From positions 288,001 to 352,000 of the forward strand of contig CBDDCX010000008.1 of NCBI GenBank assembly GCA_965226375.1: DNA of 64,000 bases, in the 5' to 3' direction. The notes beneath the pieces are model-generated. The model ran no database searches, had not been told where the DNA came from, and worked only from the letters and a program-made list of their open reading frames with translations. Position numbers and translations under genes: made by a program. Source of the DNA: Longimicrobiales bacterium (GTDB taxonomy: Bacteria > Gemmatimonadota > Gemmatimonadetes > Longimicrobiales > Gaopeijiaceae). Positions 1-9,405 of the stretch are shown piece by piece. Positions within the stretch are counted from its first letter, which is position 1. Each line of letters starts with the position of its first letter.

Positions 1-711
1 GATAGCCGCGAGCGACACCGTGGTCCCTGGTTCTGGCGGAGCCAGAGGATAACCGGCCACTCGGCGCTCGAGCTCGACTTTCGGACGGAAGCCGGCTCCT
101 CCGGTTCCCGCCATGGGCATCGAGTACCCTGAGCCCACCCGATATTGGCGGACCACGGTGGCATCCACGTCCGGATCCCGGACCAGCTCGACCAGCAGTT
201 CTAGCCCCAACTGCCAATCCTCCGGTAGGACATCGAGTGAGACCGTCGTGACGTCCAGCGTCTCTTCGGTGGTCAGCGCAGCGCCGAGTTCCGCGAGCCG
301 TAGGGACAGGGGACGATTCGCTTCGGCCGCGCCTCTCGTCGTAAGGAGTCGGGTCAGGAGCGCCGATGCTCCGGCCTCACCTTTCACTTCCCGCAGTCGC
401 CCGAGCGGAAGCGCAGCCGTCAGCCGCACGAGCGGATCCGACGGGTCCGTCACGATGTAGGCTTGGACACCGCTGGAGGCCACGAAGAGAGCCACGGTAG
501 GATCCGGCGGCGTAAATCCGATCGGCCCCAGGTCCAAGTCGTTCGGGTCGGCCCAATCATGTTCCAGGATCGGTCGCGAGTGGCCGGGCAGGATATCCCC
601 GCCTCCCTCACCGCACGCGGTCGCCGCGAAGACCGCCAGAGCAGCCGCAAGTAACCGACCGCGCCGGCCACGCTCACGTACGACTATTCGGGTCCGCATG
701 CGGGCCCTCAT
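1..711 (-). CDS. M16 (insulinase) family protein, probable non-catalytic partner subunit, lipoprotein; runs off the window start
   Basis: Manual translation (not in the ORF track): MRARMRTRIVVRERGRRGRLLAAALAVFAATAC (lipobox) ...GVQAYIVTDPSDPLVRLTAALPLGRLRE..GASALLTRLLTTRG...DVTTVSLDVLPEDWQLGLELLVELVRDP. M16 N-domain pattern without HxxEH. Its ATG overlaps the upstream stop (ATGA at 711-708). Confidence 0.75.
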   Translation of the reverse strand, partial: MRARMRTRIVVRERGRRGRLLAAALAVFAATACGEGGGDILPGHSRPILEHDWADPNDLDLGPIGFTPPDPTVALFVASSGVQAYIVTDPSDPLVRLTAALPLGRLREVKGEAGASALLTRLLTTRGAAEANRPLSLRLAELGAALTTEETLDVTTVSLDVLPEDWQLGLELLVELVRDPDVDATVVRQYRVGSGYSMPMAGTGGAGFRPKVELERRVAGYPLAPPEPGTTVSLAAI

Positions 712-2366
712 CGTCCGTCTCCCGGCAGGTCGGACCACACGAAGTCGAGCCAGCTCGGCCCACTCCCTTCGGGCGGTTCAGCGCGCGCGACAGCGATCAC
801 TCGGTTCGACGGTACGAAGTAGGTTTCGGCCACTCGCCTTATATCTTCCGCCGTCGCCGCATCCCTCGCCTCCACCAGAGCGGGCAGCGTGCTCCAGTGG
901 TTCATCGTGTGGTGGTGTCCGATGAGAAACGCCAACTCCTGGGGATTCGCCAGGAACTCGGCCCATTCGACCCGGAGACGCTTGTGGGCCCGCGCCAGTG
1001 CGGCGGAATCGATTCGGCCCGCACGCAGGTCTTCAAGGGCGGCTAGGAGCCCCCTTTCGACAGCTGCGAGATCCCCATCGGCCTCGGCCCGTGCCACGAG
1101 ATTGAACGCGCCGGGCGAGCCGAAGCGATACGTGTGGATCACGCGGAAGTCGGCCGAAACCGATGCTGACGTGCCGCTCGCAGCGAGCCTTTGTCCGGCG
1201 ACACCGTGGGGCCCGCCCAGCAGGGCGGCAATCAGGTCGAAGACGGGTCGGTCGGGATGTCCCATACCGGGAATGCGGTAGCGGACGTGCACCTGCGGTG
1301 AGAGCCGCTCAGTCCAATCGAGGCGGATCGACCCGCCCGGGACGGGCTCGGCCTCTATGTCCAGGTCGGCCGGTGGCTCGGGGCCCCGGGGGAGCTCCCC
1401 GAAGTAGCGTTCCGCCAGGGGCACCACCTCCGCCATCGTGACGTCGCCCACGAGCACCAGCGCGGCATTGTTCGGCACGAAGTAGTCATCGTAGATCTTC
1501 AGATGAGCCGCCCGAGTGAAGTTTCCGAAGTCTCGAATGTGCCCGCCATCGGGCCGGTACACGGGATGTGCCTGGGCCGTCACCGCGTCGATCGCCTCGT
1601 TGAAGCGCGTCTGCGGCCGGCCTTGTCCTCCCAGGATCTGTTCGAGCACGGTGAAGCGTTGGGCCTCCCAACCCCTGAGGATGGCATTGGCCATGCGGTC
1701 CGCTTCGAGACGGAAGAAGAGCTCCAGGTTCTCCCGGGGGAGCGCCATGTTGATCTCCATGTAGTCCTGCTCGGTGCTGGCTGGTACGGGGTCCGTGTGG
1801 CGCGCATAACCTCCGTGCTGCATGTACGAGTTGTAGGAGGTCCAGAAGTCGCGATACTGGTTGTCTTGATCCTCGAGCTCGTACAGCCGCTCACGGAGCG
1901 CTTGGGTCTCCGGAGTTCCCGGCCACGCCATCTCGTCGATGAACACACCGCGTTCACGAAGCTGATTCCGCTCACGGTTCCTCACGGCGATGAGGTCTTG
2001 TTCGGTATCGTGGATCTCCTGTAGGATCGGCAGCTCGGCGGCAAGATCGCTCGTTCCGACCGTCGTCGTCCCCTGGTGGATGACATGCTCCAGGAAGTGC
2101 GTCATCCCGTGCAACCCGACGGGTTCCTGCATGGACCCGATCCGGATCCAGAGATTGGCGGCCACTCGCGGCATCCTGTCGTCTGCGAGCACGAGGAGCG
2201 TGAACCCGTTGTCGAGCACGTGCTCCTGGATATCCAATGACGGGAGCGGAGACTGGACCGCGGCGGGCGGTCTGTTCTCGACCCCCATTTCGCGAGGTGC
2301 TGTGGACGCGTCGGTGGACAACAAGGCAGCCGACGTGAGGAAGGCGACAGCAAGCAGGATTCTCAT
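708..2366 (-). CDS. M16B zinc peptidase (pitrilysin/insulinase family), secreted
   Basis: Inverted zincin motif HFLEH; LDNGFTLLV, EADRM and YFVPNNAALVLVGD motifs; signal peptide MRILLAVAFL. Confidence 0.9.
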   Translation of the reverse strand: MRILLAVAFLTSAALLSTDASTAPREMGVENRPPAAVQSPLPSLDIQEHVLDNGFTLLVLADDRMPRVAANLWIRIGSMQEPVGLHGMTHFLEHVIHQGTTTVGTSDLAAELPILQEIHDTEQDLIAVRNRERNQLRERGVFIDEMAWPGTPETQALRERLYELEDQDNQYRDFWTSYNSYMQHGGYARHTDPVPASTEQDYMEINMALPRENLELFFRLEADRMANAILRGWEAQRFTVLEQILGGQGRPQTRFNEAIDAVTAQAHPVYRPDGGHIRDFGNFTRAAHLKIYDDYFVPNNAALVLVGDVTMAEVVPLAERYFGELPRGPEPPADLDIEAEPVPGGSIRLDWTERLSPQVHVRYRIPGMGHPDRPVFDLIAALLGGPHGVAGQRLAASGTSASVSADFRVIHTYRFGSPGAFNLVARAEADGDLAAVERGLLAALEDLRAGRIDSAALARAHKRLRVEWAEFLANPQELAFLIGHHHTMNHWSTLPALVEARDAATAEDIRRVAETYFVPSNRVIAVARAEPPEGSGPSWLDFVWSDLPGDGR

Positions 2367-2658
2367 CGCTCGAGCCCGGGTCTGCGTGGTGGTTGGATCA
2401 GCGCGTTGACCCCTACAATGCGACATGGCGTGAGCCCGGGCCAGGAGAGGTTAGATGATCCGCAGCCGTTCCTTCAATGGGCCGTCGGATGTGCCCCCCA
2501 CCGGGCTGCCGGAGGTGCGCCTCACGGGGCTGACGGACGTCCTCCTTGCCTCGGGTGACTCGGGCCGTCATGCTGGTGTGGGAAGTCTCGTGCGGTTCCA
2601 CCCGGCATACCGCGTGTGCGGAGGGGACGCTTCAGCTGCGAACCTGGCATAGCGATAT

Positions 2659-4854
2659 GTGTCCATGCTTGAACGCCTAGTACTCCTTACAGCCCTTTGG
2701 ATCCCGGTAGTGGGGCTCCATCCGGGAGGCCTCGTCGGGCAGGCCTCTGGCGGGCCGGGTCCGGTCGAATCCGACTGCCTTGCCTCGTGCCTCTCGGTCC
2801 GGGCAGTGAGGATCGAGACGCCCCCCGACATCGACGGCGTGCTCGATGAGGCGTTTTGGGACGACATCGAGCCCATCACGGACTTCAAGCAGTGGGTCCC
2901 CGTGGACGGAGGAGAGCCGACGGAGCGTACCGAGGTGCGGATCGCCTACGATCGAGACAACCTCTACTTCGGCTTCAAGCTCTTCGACTCGGAACCCGAC
3001 AAGATCATCGCCAACGTGCTGGAGCGTGAGGGAAAGCTTCCGTACAACGACCGGGTGGCCATCGGCCTAGACACCTTCAACGACGACCGGAACGGGTACA
3101 TCTTCGGGTTGAATCCGCTCGGGACCCAGGAGGACGCGCAGTTCACCGACGAGGGATCCGTGTCCTGGGTGTGGGAGAGCGTCTACCACAGCGAGGGGCG
3201 GATTACGGACGAGGGATGGGAGCTCGAGGTGGCCCTTCCGTTCACCACGCTTCGTTTTCCCGCCGCCGATTCGCTCACGATGGGACTCGTCTTGTATCGC
3301 CGGATCCGACGTAAGAACGAAGACGTCTTCTGGCCGCACATCCCCAAGCGCTTCCGGGCCCACATCTCGCAGGCCTCCCAGTACGCGGATCTGGTCGGGC
3401 TGACGGATCTGCGCAGAGGCCGCAACCTCGAGTTCAAGCCCTTTGCCATAGCGGGGGCACAGAAGCTCGACAGTGAGCCCGAGACCGACGTTCTCCGGGA
3501 CTTTGGGCTGGACGTGAAGTATTCCGTCACGTCGAACCTCACGTTGGACCTGACTGCCAACACGGATTTCGCTCAAGCGGAGGCGGACAACGCTCAGGTG
3601 AACCTGACCCGGTTCAGCCTGTTTTTTCCCGAGAAGCGCGAGTTCTTCCTGGAGCGTGCTGGCTTGTTCACGTTCGGCCAGCGACGGGAAACGGAAGCGT
3701 TCTTCAGTCGACGGATCGGCATCGATAACGAGATTCTGGGGGGTGCACGTTTGACCGGGCAGGCAGGCCCGTTCTCGATCGGCCTCCTGGACCTGCAGAC
3801 CCGGGACGCCGAGGGAATTCCGGGAGCCAACAACGCGGTTGCCCGAGTCCGGGTAGATGTCCTGACCAGGACGACCCTCGGCGGGATCTTCACGAATCTG
3901 CAGAACGGCGACGGTCATAATCGGGTCATGGGCGGGGACATCGCACTGCGCTTCTGGAACAGCAGCTCACTGACCGCCTGGGGCGCCAACGTTTCGGACT
4001 CCAGGGATCTGCCGGGGAGCACGTTTGCGGCAGCCGCCGCCTTGGTACTTGCCAACGATCTGTGGCAGACGGGGGCGAGCGTGACGGACATCGGTGAGGG
4101 GTATCAGCCGGCCCTGGGCCTCGTGCGTCGTGGAAACATGCTGCGTTACAAGGGGAACCTTGGCTTTACGCCGCGCTTCGAGGGGAGCACCTGGGCGCGC
4201 CAACTCGACCTGACGGCTGCGGGAACGTACATCGAGGGCCAGGACGGAGAGGAACAGACCACCGAGGTCAGACTCGCCAGCAAGATGATGTTGGAGACGG
4301 AGGACCACCTCACCCTCTCGGGCACGCGCAAGAGCGAAGTGCTGGACGAGCCGTTCAACATCCGACCAGACGTGGTGATCCCGGTGGGACGGTACGAGTT
4401 CAACCAGATCGGTGCGGTCCTGGGCACCAATCGAGGCCGTCCCGTCTTCGGGACATTCACGGTCTCGACCGGGGGCTTCTTCAATGGCGACCGCACGCAG
4501 CTAAAGGGCGAAGTTCGCTGGAGCACCGGTTCCCATCTGGTGCTCATCGCGAGCGCGGATCTCAACAAGATCTCGCTCCCGGTGGAGAACGGCGACTTCA
4601 CCACCACCGTACTCGGACTGACGCCGGAGATCGCGATCAACCGAAAGCTGTTCGCCAACGGCCTCATTCAGTACGACACCGACTCGAAGACGCTCGCGTC
4701 GAACTTCAGGATCGACTGGATCCATACACCGGGCAGCGACCTCTTCCTGGTCTTTAACACGGGGTATCTGATCGGCGATCAATTCGATCCCAACGAGACG
4801 CGATGGACGCAACGGACCGGCATCGTGAAGCTCACGTATCTGAAGACGCTGTGA
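2659..4854 (+). CDS. DUF5916 family protein with N-terminal CBM9-like/DOMON domain, probably outer membrane
   Basis: IDGVLDEAFW, TEVRIAYDRDNLY, NTDFAQAEAD and NLTRFSLFFPEKREFFLE motifs; C-terminal VKLTYL beta-strand; signal peptide. Confidence 0.85.
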   Translation: MSMLERLVLLTALWIPVVGLHPGGLVGQASGGPGPVESDCLASCLSVRAVRIETPPDIDGVLDEAFWDDIEPITDFKQWVPVDGGEPTERTEVRIAYDRDNLYFGFKLFDSEPDKIIANVLEREGKLPYNDRVAIGLDTFNDDRNGYIFGLNPLGTQEDAQFTDEGSVSWVWESVYHSEGRITDEGWELEVALPFTTLRFPAADSLTMGLVLYRRIRRKNEDVFWPHIPKRFRAHISQASQYADLVGLTDLRRGRNLEFKPFAIAGAQKLDSEPETDVLRDFGLDVKYSVTSNLTLDLTANTDFAQAEADNAQVNLTRFSLFFPEKREFFLERAGLFTFGQRRETEAFFSRRIGIDNEILGGARLTGQAGPFSIGLLDLQTRDAEGIPGANNAVARVRVDVLTRTTLGGIFTNLQNGDGHNRVMGGDIALRFWNSSSLTAWGANVSDSRDLPGSTFAAAAALVLANDLWQTGASVTDIGEGYQPALGLVRRGNMLRYKGNLGFTPRFEGSTWARQLDLTAAGTYIEGQDGEEQTTEVRLASKMMLETEDHLTLSGTRKSEVLDEPFNIRPDVVIPVGRYEFNQIGAVLGTNRGRPVFGTFTVSTGGFFNGDRTQLKGEVRWSTGSHLVLIASADLNKISLPVENGDFTTTVLGLTPEIAINRKLFANGLIQYDTDSKTLASNFRIDWIHTPGSDLFLVFNTGYLIGDQFDPNETRWTQRTGIVKLTYLKTL

Positions 4855-4885
4855 GTGGAGGAGTTCCTTCCTTCGCCTCACACCC

Positions 4886-5272
4886 TCAGATATCCCACCC
4901 CGCCCTCGCGAGCATCCAGAGATTGATCACCACCACCACGATGGCCGTGATGTAAAACGCCGGGGGTGTCACTGCGGTGGGGGCAGCGAAGAACGCGCCC
5001 CTGACCAGGGTCGGCAGGCGTAGCCCGTGAACGGCCCACACTACCCGGGCGAACCAGACGTTCTGCCACCGGTACAGACCGACGAATACGAAGGCCGTAA
5101 CGAGCGCTCCGGCTCCGAGCCAGAGCCACGGGGACCCGAACCGCTCCGGCAGAAGGCCCGACGTGAGCATACCGTACGCTGCCGATTCGTACAGGATGGC
5201 GACGTGCAGATATACGAAGCCCGCCTGACGGAATTTGGTTGCGCGTTGCGGGGGCCACTCTTGTTTCAGCAC
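4886..5272 (-). CDS. Small multi-pass membrane protein, hypothetical
   Basis: AGGAG RBS before the GTG at 5272; 3-4 hydrophobic segments. Confidence 0.65.
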   Translation of the reverse strand: MLKQEWPPQRATKFRQAGFVYLHVAILYESAAYGMLTSGLLPERFGSPWLWLGAGALVTAFVFVGLYRWQNVWFARVVWAVHGLRLPTLVRGAFFAAPTAVTPPAFYITAIVVVVINLWMLARAGWDI

Positions 5273-5408
5273 GACCTCTCCTTGTGGACGCCAACCATCG
5301 ACGGGAGGGGGTCCCACCGCAAGGCCCCGTGCTTCCGGCGGGTGTGTCCTAATGGGACACTCCCCTCCCGGCTTGTGGTGACATGCGCCCCGGCCGCATC
5401 TTGCGGAC

Positions 5409-6320
5409 ATGCTCTGCCCAATCCGAGATCCGCGCGTCGCGCTCCTCGTGATGCTTGCGCTTCCAGCGCCCGTCTTTGGCCAGGAGTTCCTGAGCGCGAA
5501 TGACGTGGTCGCCATGGAGTCCCCGGCCCCGGACCTGCGTATTCCCTACGGCGAGCATCCGCTGCAATACGGACACCTGCGTCTTCCAGAGGGAGCCGGG
5601 CCGCATCCGGTGCTGGTCTTCATTCATGGTGGATGCTGGCTGTCCGCCTACGACATTGGGCACGTCGGTCAACTGGAAGAGGCCGTCACGGCGGCGGGAT
5701 ATGCGGTGTGGAGCCTCGAGTATCGCCGTGTGGGTGACGAGGGGGGTGGGTGGCCGGGGACGTTTCTCGACATCGCCCGTGGCGTAGATGCTGTCGCCGA
5801 GTTGGCGAGCGAGCATCCGCTTGATCTGAGCAGGGTGATCGCGAGCGGACACTCGGCCGGTGGACACCTCGCCCTTTGGGTCGCCGCCCGGCCACGCATC
5901 CCGAGGTCGAGCGAGCTGTACGCCGCCAGTCCGTTGCCGATCCACGGAGTCCTCGCTCTCGCGCCGGCCGCCGATCTGGAGACCCTCCAGGCCCAGGCGG
6001 TGTGCGGAGGGGTCGTGGACGGGCTCATGGGCGGATCCCCCGAAACAGTGCCGGAGCGCTACGACGCGGCGTCCCCCATGCGCTTGCTGCCGATCGACGT
6101 ACCGCAGCGCATCGTGATCGGCGCGCACGACCGAGCGTGGTCGCCGGGCGGACGCGCGTACTTCGAGCGGGCGGGTGCCGTCGACGGCGCGAGCATCGTG
6201 CTCATGGAGGCCCCCGAGTCCGGACACTTCGAGATGGTGGTTCCGACCACCTCCACGTGGCCCCTTGTTATGCGGGAGCTCGCTGCGCCGTCGTCCGACC
6301 TCGCGCGGGGTGGGGGGTGA
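5409..6320 (+). CDS. Alpha/beta hydrolase (esterase/lipase), secreted
   Basis: HGG oxyanion motif, GHSAGG nucleophile elbow, C-terminal GHFE histidine. Confidence 0.9.
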   Translation: MLCPIRDPRVALLVMLALPAPVFGQEFLSANDVVAMESPAPDLRIPYGEHPLQYGHLRLPEGAGPHPVLVFIHGGCWLSAYDIGHVGQLEEAVTAAGYAVWSLEYRRVGDEGGGWPGTFLDIARGVDAVAELASEHPLDLSRVIASGHSAGGHLALWVAARPRIPRSSELYAASPLPIHGVLALAPAADLETLQAQAVCGGVVDGLMGGSPETVPERYDAASPMRLLPIDVPQRIVIGAHDRAWSPGGRAYFERAGAVDGASIVLMEAPESGHFEMVVPTTSTWPLVMRELAAPSSDLARGGG

Positions 6321-6323
6321 GGC

Positions 6324-6677
6324 ATGCGTCGATCAGCCCTCGTTCTGGCGACCATCTCGTATCTGGGCGCCTGCGCCTCGTCGACGCCGGTGTCGGCGAG
6401 TTATGCCAGGGACAGGATCACCCAGGAGGATATCCTGGCCACACTCGCTCTGGACGCGTATGATGCCGTCTGGCTTTTGAGGCGTCGGTGGCTCACCGAC
6501 CAGTTGACGATCTATGAGAACGGCACGCTCGTGAGCCAAGGTCCTTCCAGCTTCCTACGCATGCTTCCCATAGAGTATGTTGTGGAAATCCGTTATCTCG
6601 ACCCTGAGATTGCCCGAACGGTCTATGGGTACAACGTCTCTGGCGCAGTATTGGAAGTGGATACGGTGATCCGGTGA
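6324..6677 (+). CDS. Small lipoprotein with TonB plug-like domain
   Basis: Lipobox LGAC; RITQEDI..AYDAV..LR, EIRYL..A...YG....GAVLEV pattern typical of stand-alone plug-like proteins. Confidence 0.6.
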   Translation: MRRSALVLATISYLGACASSTPVSASYARDRITQEDILATLALDAYDAVWLLRRRWLTDQLTIYENGTLVSQGPSSFLRMLPIEYVVEIRYLDPEIARTVYGYNVSGAVLEVDTVIR

Positions 6678-7204
6678 TGGCTGCCTCGACCGAATCCCTT
6701 GCTCCGCTCCGTGCGGTAGGCGCGCTCCTCCTCCTCACGGCACTCGGCCTTGCCGCGTGCAGTGACGGAACCTCGCCCGGGGGGGACACACCCGGCCCGC
6801 CGTTGATCGAAGGGCCTCTGACGCTAGAGGTCGTGGCTCCGGACTCCAGCATCACCGAGCGCGTGCTCTTTCCCGACTTCACCTACACCTACGTCTGTAC
6901 GTTGAGCTTTCTCGCCAGGCTGACCGGTGGGGATCGGGATAGTGAGATCTACTGGCAGACCGCGGACATCGAGTGGCACTGGCTCTCGGACAACCGGTTC
7001 CGGAACGCCGCCGTATGGTCTTTGGAACAGCTCGAGTTGTTTTGGGGATCCGATCGGATCGCCACGGGGCAGACGCGGGAGTCGCTCATCTGGCAATTCA
7101 TCGGGACGCAGCCGTACCGCCTCGACTTCGCGTTCCACTATCTGATCCAGGGTGATGACAGCCTGCGGACGCACGACACCGCGGTGCGCTGTGTCGGGCC
7201 CTGA
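6674..7204 (+). CDS. Hypothetical lipoprotein
   Basis: Lipobox LAAC; overlaps the previous stop codon. Confidence 0.6.
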   Translation: MMAASTESLAPLRAVGALLLLTALGLAACSDGTSPGGDTPGPPLIEGPLTLEVVAPDSSITERVLFPDFTYTYVCTLSFLARLTGGDRDSEIYWQTADIEWHWLSDNRFRNAAVWSLEQLELFWGSDRIATGQTRESLIWQFIGTQPYRLDFAFHYLIQGDDSLRTHDTAVRCVGP

Positions 7205-7273
7205 CGGGGGCCGCCTACCGCGCTGGACCCTCGGGGCTCCTAAAGGGACCCACTGTACTGCTTCCACAGATCT

Positions 7274-8761
7274 CTAGACCGCCCGGGGCCGCCTCGTCGC
7301 CGGTCGTCCGCTCCCGGGCTGACCCGTAACCCGACCGTCTTCGTAGACCACTTCACCTCGCCGAATCGTGATGATGGGCCAGCCTGTGACCGTCCAACGT
7401 TCGAAGGGTGTGTAGTCCGAGCGTGAGGGATCGTCGTCCGCACTGGCGGTGCGCTCGAGGTTGGGGTCCAGGACCACGACGTCCGCCAACGAGCCCTCCC
7501 GCACCGCACCCCGCTCCGGGAAGAGCCCGAACGTTCGGGCCGCCGCGGTAGACGTTACCTCGACGAATCGCTGCTCAGAGATCCGCCCTCGGTTGACGCC
7601 CTCCGAGAAGAGTAGTGGAAGCATGAAGCGCAGATCGCTGACGCCGGGGCGCAGCCGGCCTACGTTCAGCTCCGGGTCCATCTTCTGAGCCCTTGTCCAG
7701 GGTGCATGATCCGTTGCGAGGAAGTCGATTCGCCCGTCGACCAGTCCTAGCCACATGGCGTCTACGTCCGACGCAGAGCGCAGCGGTGGCTGACCGATGT
7801 AGAGTGGCCCGTCGTCGTCCAGGAACCTCTCTTGGTTGAAGTAGAGATATAGGGGTCGGGTCTCTATCGTGAGCGGAAGGCCTCGTGAGCGGGGTGTGCG
7901 TGCGACGTCTAGGGCGCCCTGCGAAGAGAGGTGTACGAAGTGCATGGGCGCCTGGGTGAACTCGCAGAGGGCTACCGCGTCCTGGGTGGCAGCCACTTCG
8001 GCGATCACGGGCCGGCTCTCTGCGAAGTGGCGGAGCGAGGTGCGGCCCTCCGCTCTGAGGCGCTCCAGGACCGCGGCCAGCATCGCCCCGTCCTCGCAGT
8101 GCATGAGCGTGACCACTCCGGCGTCCCTGGCCGCCTCCAACAGGTCGATGAGCGCACTTCGGCTCGTCCCAAAGTCCCGCCGTGTCATGAAGATCTTATG
8201 GCTGGGCTGACCCCGCGCCGCCAGTTCGGGCATCAACTCGGCGAACTCGGGTGTGGGCGGCCAGGTGGAGGCGTGGAAGAAGACGTCCCCTATGGCGCTC
8301 CGGCTCACCTCGCCGAGCCAGCGGTCCATGGCTTCAACCGCGTTCTCACCGTTCTGGGGGTATGCGAACGTGCCCACGGTCGTGATGCCGCCTGCCACAG
8401 CCGCCGAGGTTCCCGTGGTCAGGTCGTCGACGAAGGAGCCTTGCAGATGAGTGTGGGGATCGATGCCGCCCGGGATCACCAGTCGACCGGTCGCATCGAT
8501 GATCCTGGCTTCCGCCCCGGCCGTCAGGCCGGGTCCGACCTCAGCGATCGTATTGCCGAGGATGCGGACATCGGTGGACTGGCTGGTGGCGTCCGCGTTC
8601 ACCACGCGGCCGCCGCGGATGAGAATCTCGCCGGCTTCCTGTTCCGGGGCGCGGCCCGTGTCCGAGGCATCCGAGGGCAGATGTGCGCCATCACCACGGC
8701 CTCCGGCGGCGAGCCCGAGGGCTGTGGCTCCCATGGTTTGCAGTGCCTGGCGGCGGTTCAT
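7274..8761 (-). CDS. Dihydropyrimidinase/hydantoinase-like cyclic amidohydrolase with Tat-like leader
   Basis: PGGIDPHTH, GGITT, carbamylated-Lys position (HKIFM), HCE, HLS, PPLR and TDHAP motifs; N-terminus MNRRQAL. Confidence 0.85.
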   Translation of the reverse strand: MNRRQALQTMGATALGLAAGGRGDGAHLPSDASDTGRAPEQEAGEILIRGGRVVNADATSQSTDVRILGNTIAEVGPGLTAGAEARIIDATGRLVIPGGIDPHTHLQGSFVDDLTTGTSAAVAGGITTVGTFAYPQNGENAVEAMDRWLGEVSRSAIGDVFFHASTWPPTPEFAELMPELAARGQPSHKIFMTRRDFGTSRSALIDLLEAARDAGVVTLMHCEDGAMLAAVLERLRAEGRTSLRHFAESRPVIAEVAATQDAVALCEFTQAPMHFVHLSSQGALDVARTPRSRGLPLTIETRPLYLYFNQERFLDDDGPLYIGQPPLRSASDVDAMWLGLVDGRIDFLATDHAPWTRAQKMDPELNVGRLRPGVSDLRFMLPLLFSEGVNRGRISEQRFVEVTSTAAARTFGLFPERGAVREGSLADVVVLDPNLERTASADDDPSRSDYTPFERWTVTGWPIITIRRGEVVYEDGRVTGQPGSGRPATRRPRAV

Positions 8762-8822
8762 GCTCGGGTCCGTTGTATTCACGCGGATCCTCCAATCTGG
8801 TCCCCGAGTGTACCAGCATGAC

Positions 8823-8860
8823 AAGAGCCCGGCGAGGTCGTTCACCTCGTCGGGCTTCTC
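8823..8860. terminator. GC-rich hairpin between the AbrB-like gene and the amidohydrolase
   Basis: agcccggcgagg-tcgttca-cctcgtcgggct: 12-bp stem with one imperfect pair; weak U-tract. Confidence 0.4.
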
Positions 8861-8897
8861 GTCTTATACCGGTCGCGCTCGACCAGGGGGCTTCAGG

Positions 8898-9170
8898 TCA
8901 GCCCGCTGCCTCTGCCGGATCACTCTGAGTCCATCCCATAGCCACGCACACGTCGGCCGGAGTCACGCCCATGTCCCCGAAGCGGCGAGCGATGCGCTCG
9001 GCCATCTCTCCGTGGACATCCCCCGAGGGGGGTGCCTTTCGGGCCACGATCCGTGCTCCGCGGGACTCGAACACCAGGGTGTCTCCCTCGCTCAATCCGA
9101 GACGGTCCCGGAGTTCCTCTGGCAGCGTCAGCCGCCCCTTCTCGTCGATGTTTGCCGAAAACTGCACCAT
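8898..9170 (-). CDS. AbrB/MazE/SpoVT family DNA-binding protein
   Basis: IDEKGRLTLPEELRDRLGLSEGDTLVF swapped-hairpin signature. Confidence 0.85.
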   Translation of the reverse strand: MVQFSANIDEKGRLTLPEELRDRLGLSEGDTLVFESRGARIVARKAPPSGDVHGEMAERIARRFGDMGVTPADVCVAMGWTQSDPAEAAG

Positions 9171-9405
9171 ATATCTACCCCTCGTCTTCCTCATCCGGTC
9201 TTCATTTCACTCTTATTCCTACGTTCAGCCATGGAGAAAGATTCCCCACGCTCTGTCTCACATGCTTAGATACGAGGTCCCGTTGATCGGCTTACGCCGG
9301 GGATCCGCTTCTCCCTTGGCCTCTTCGGCGCGAACTGATAGGGTGTCTCGGTCGATGTGTTTCGAAGTCGCCGCCGCCGGGGGTGGGCACTCACAGGAGG
9401 GATGG

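Noticed and set aside
8971..9405. 145-aa N-terminal extension of the amidase ORF
   Set aside because: It overlaps the AbrB gene on the opposite strand; an RBS and signal peptide support the start at 9406.
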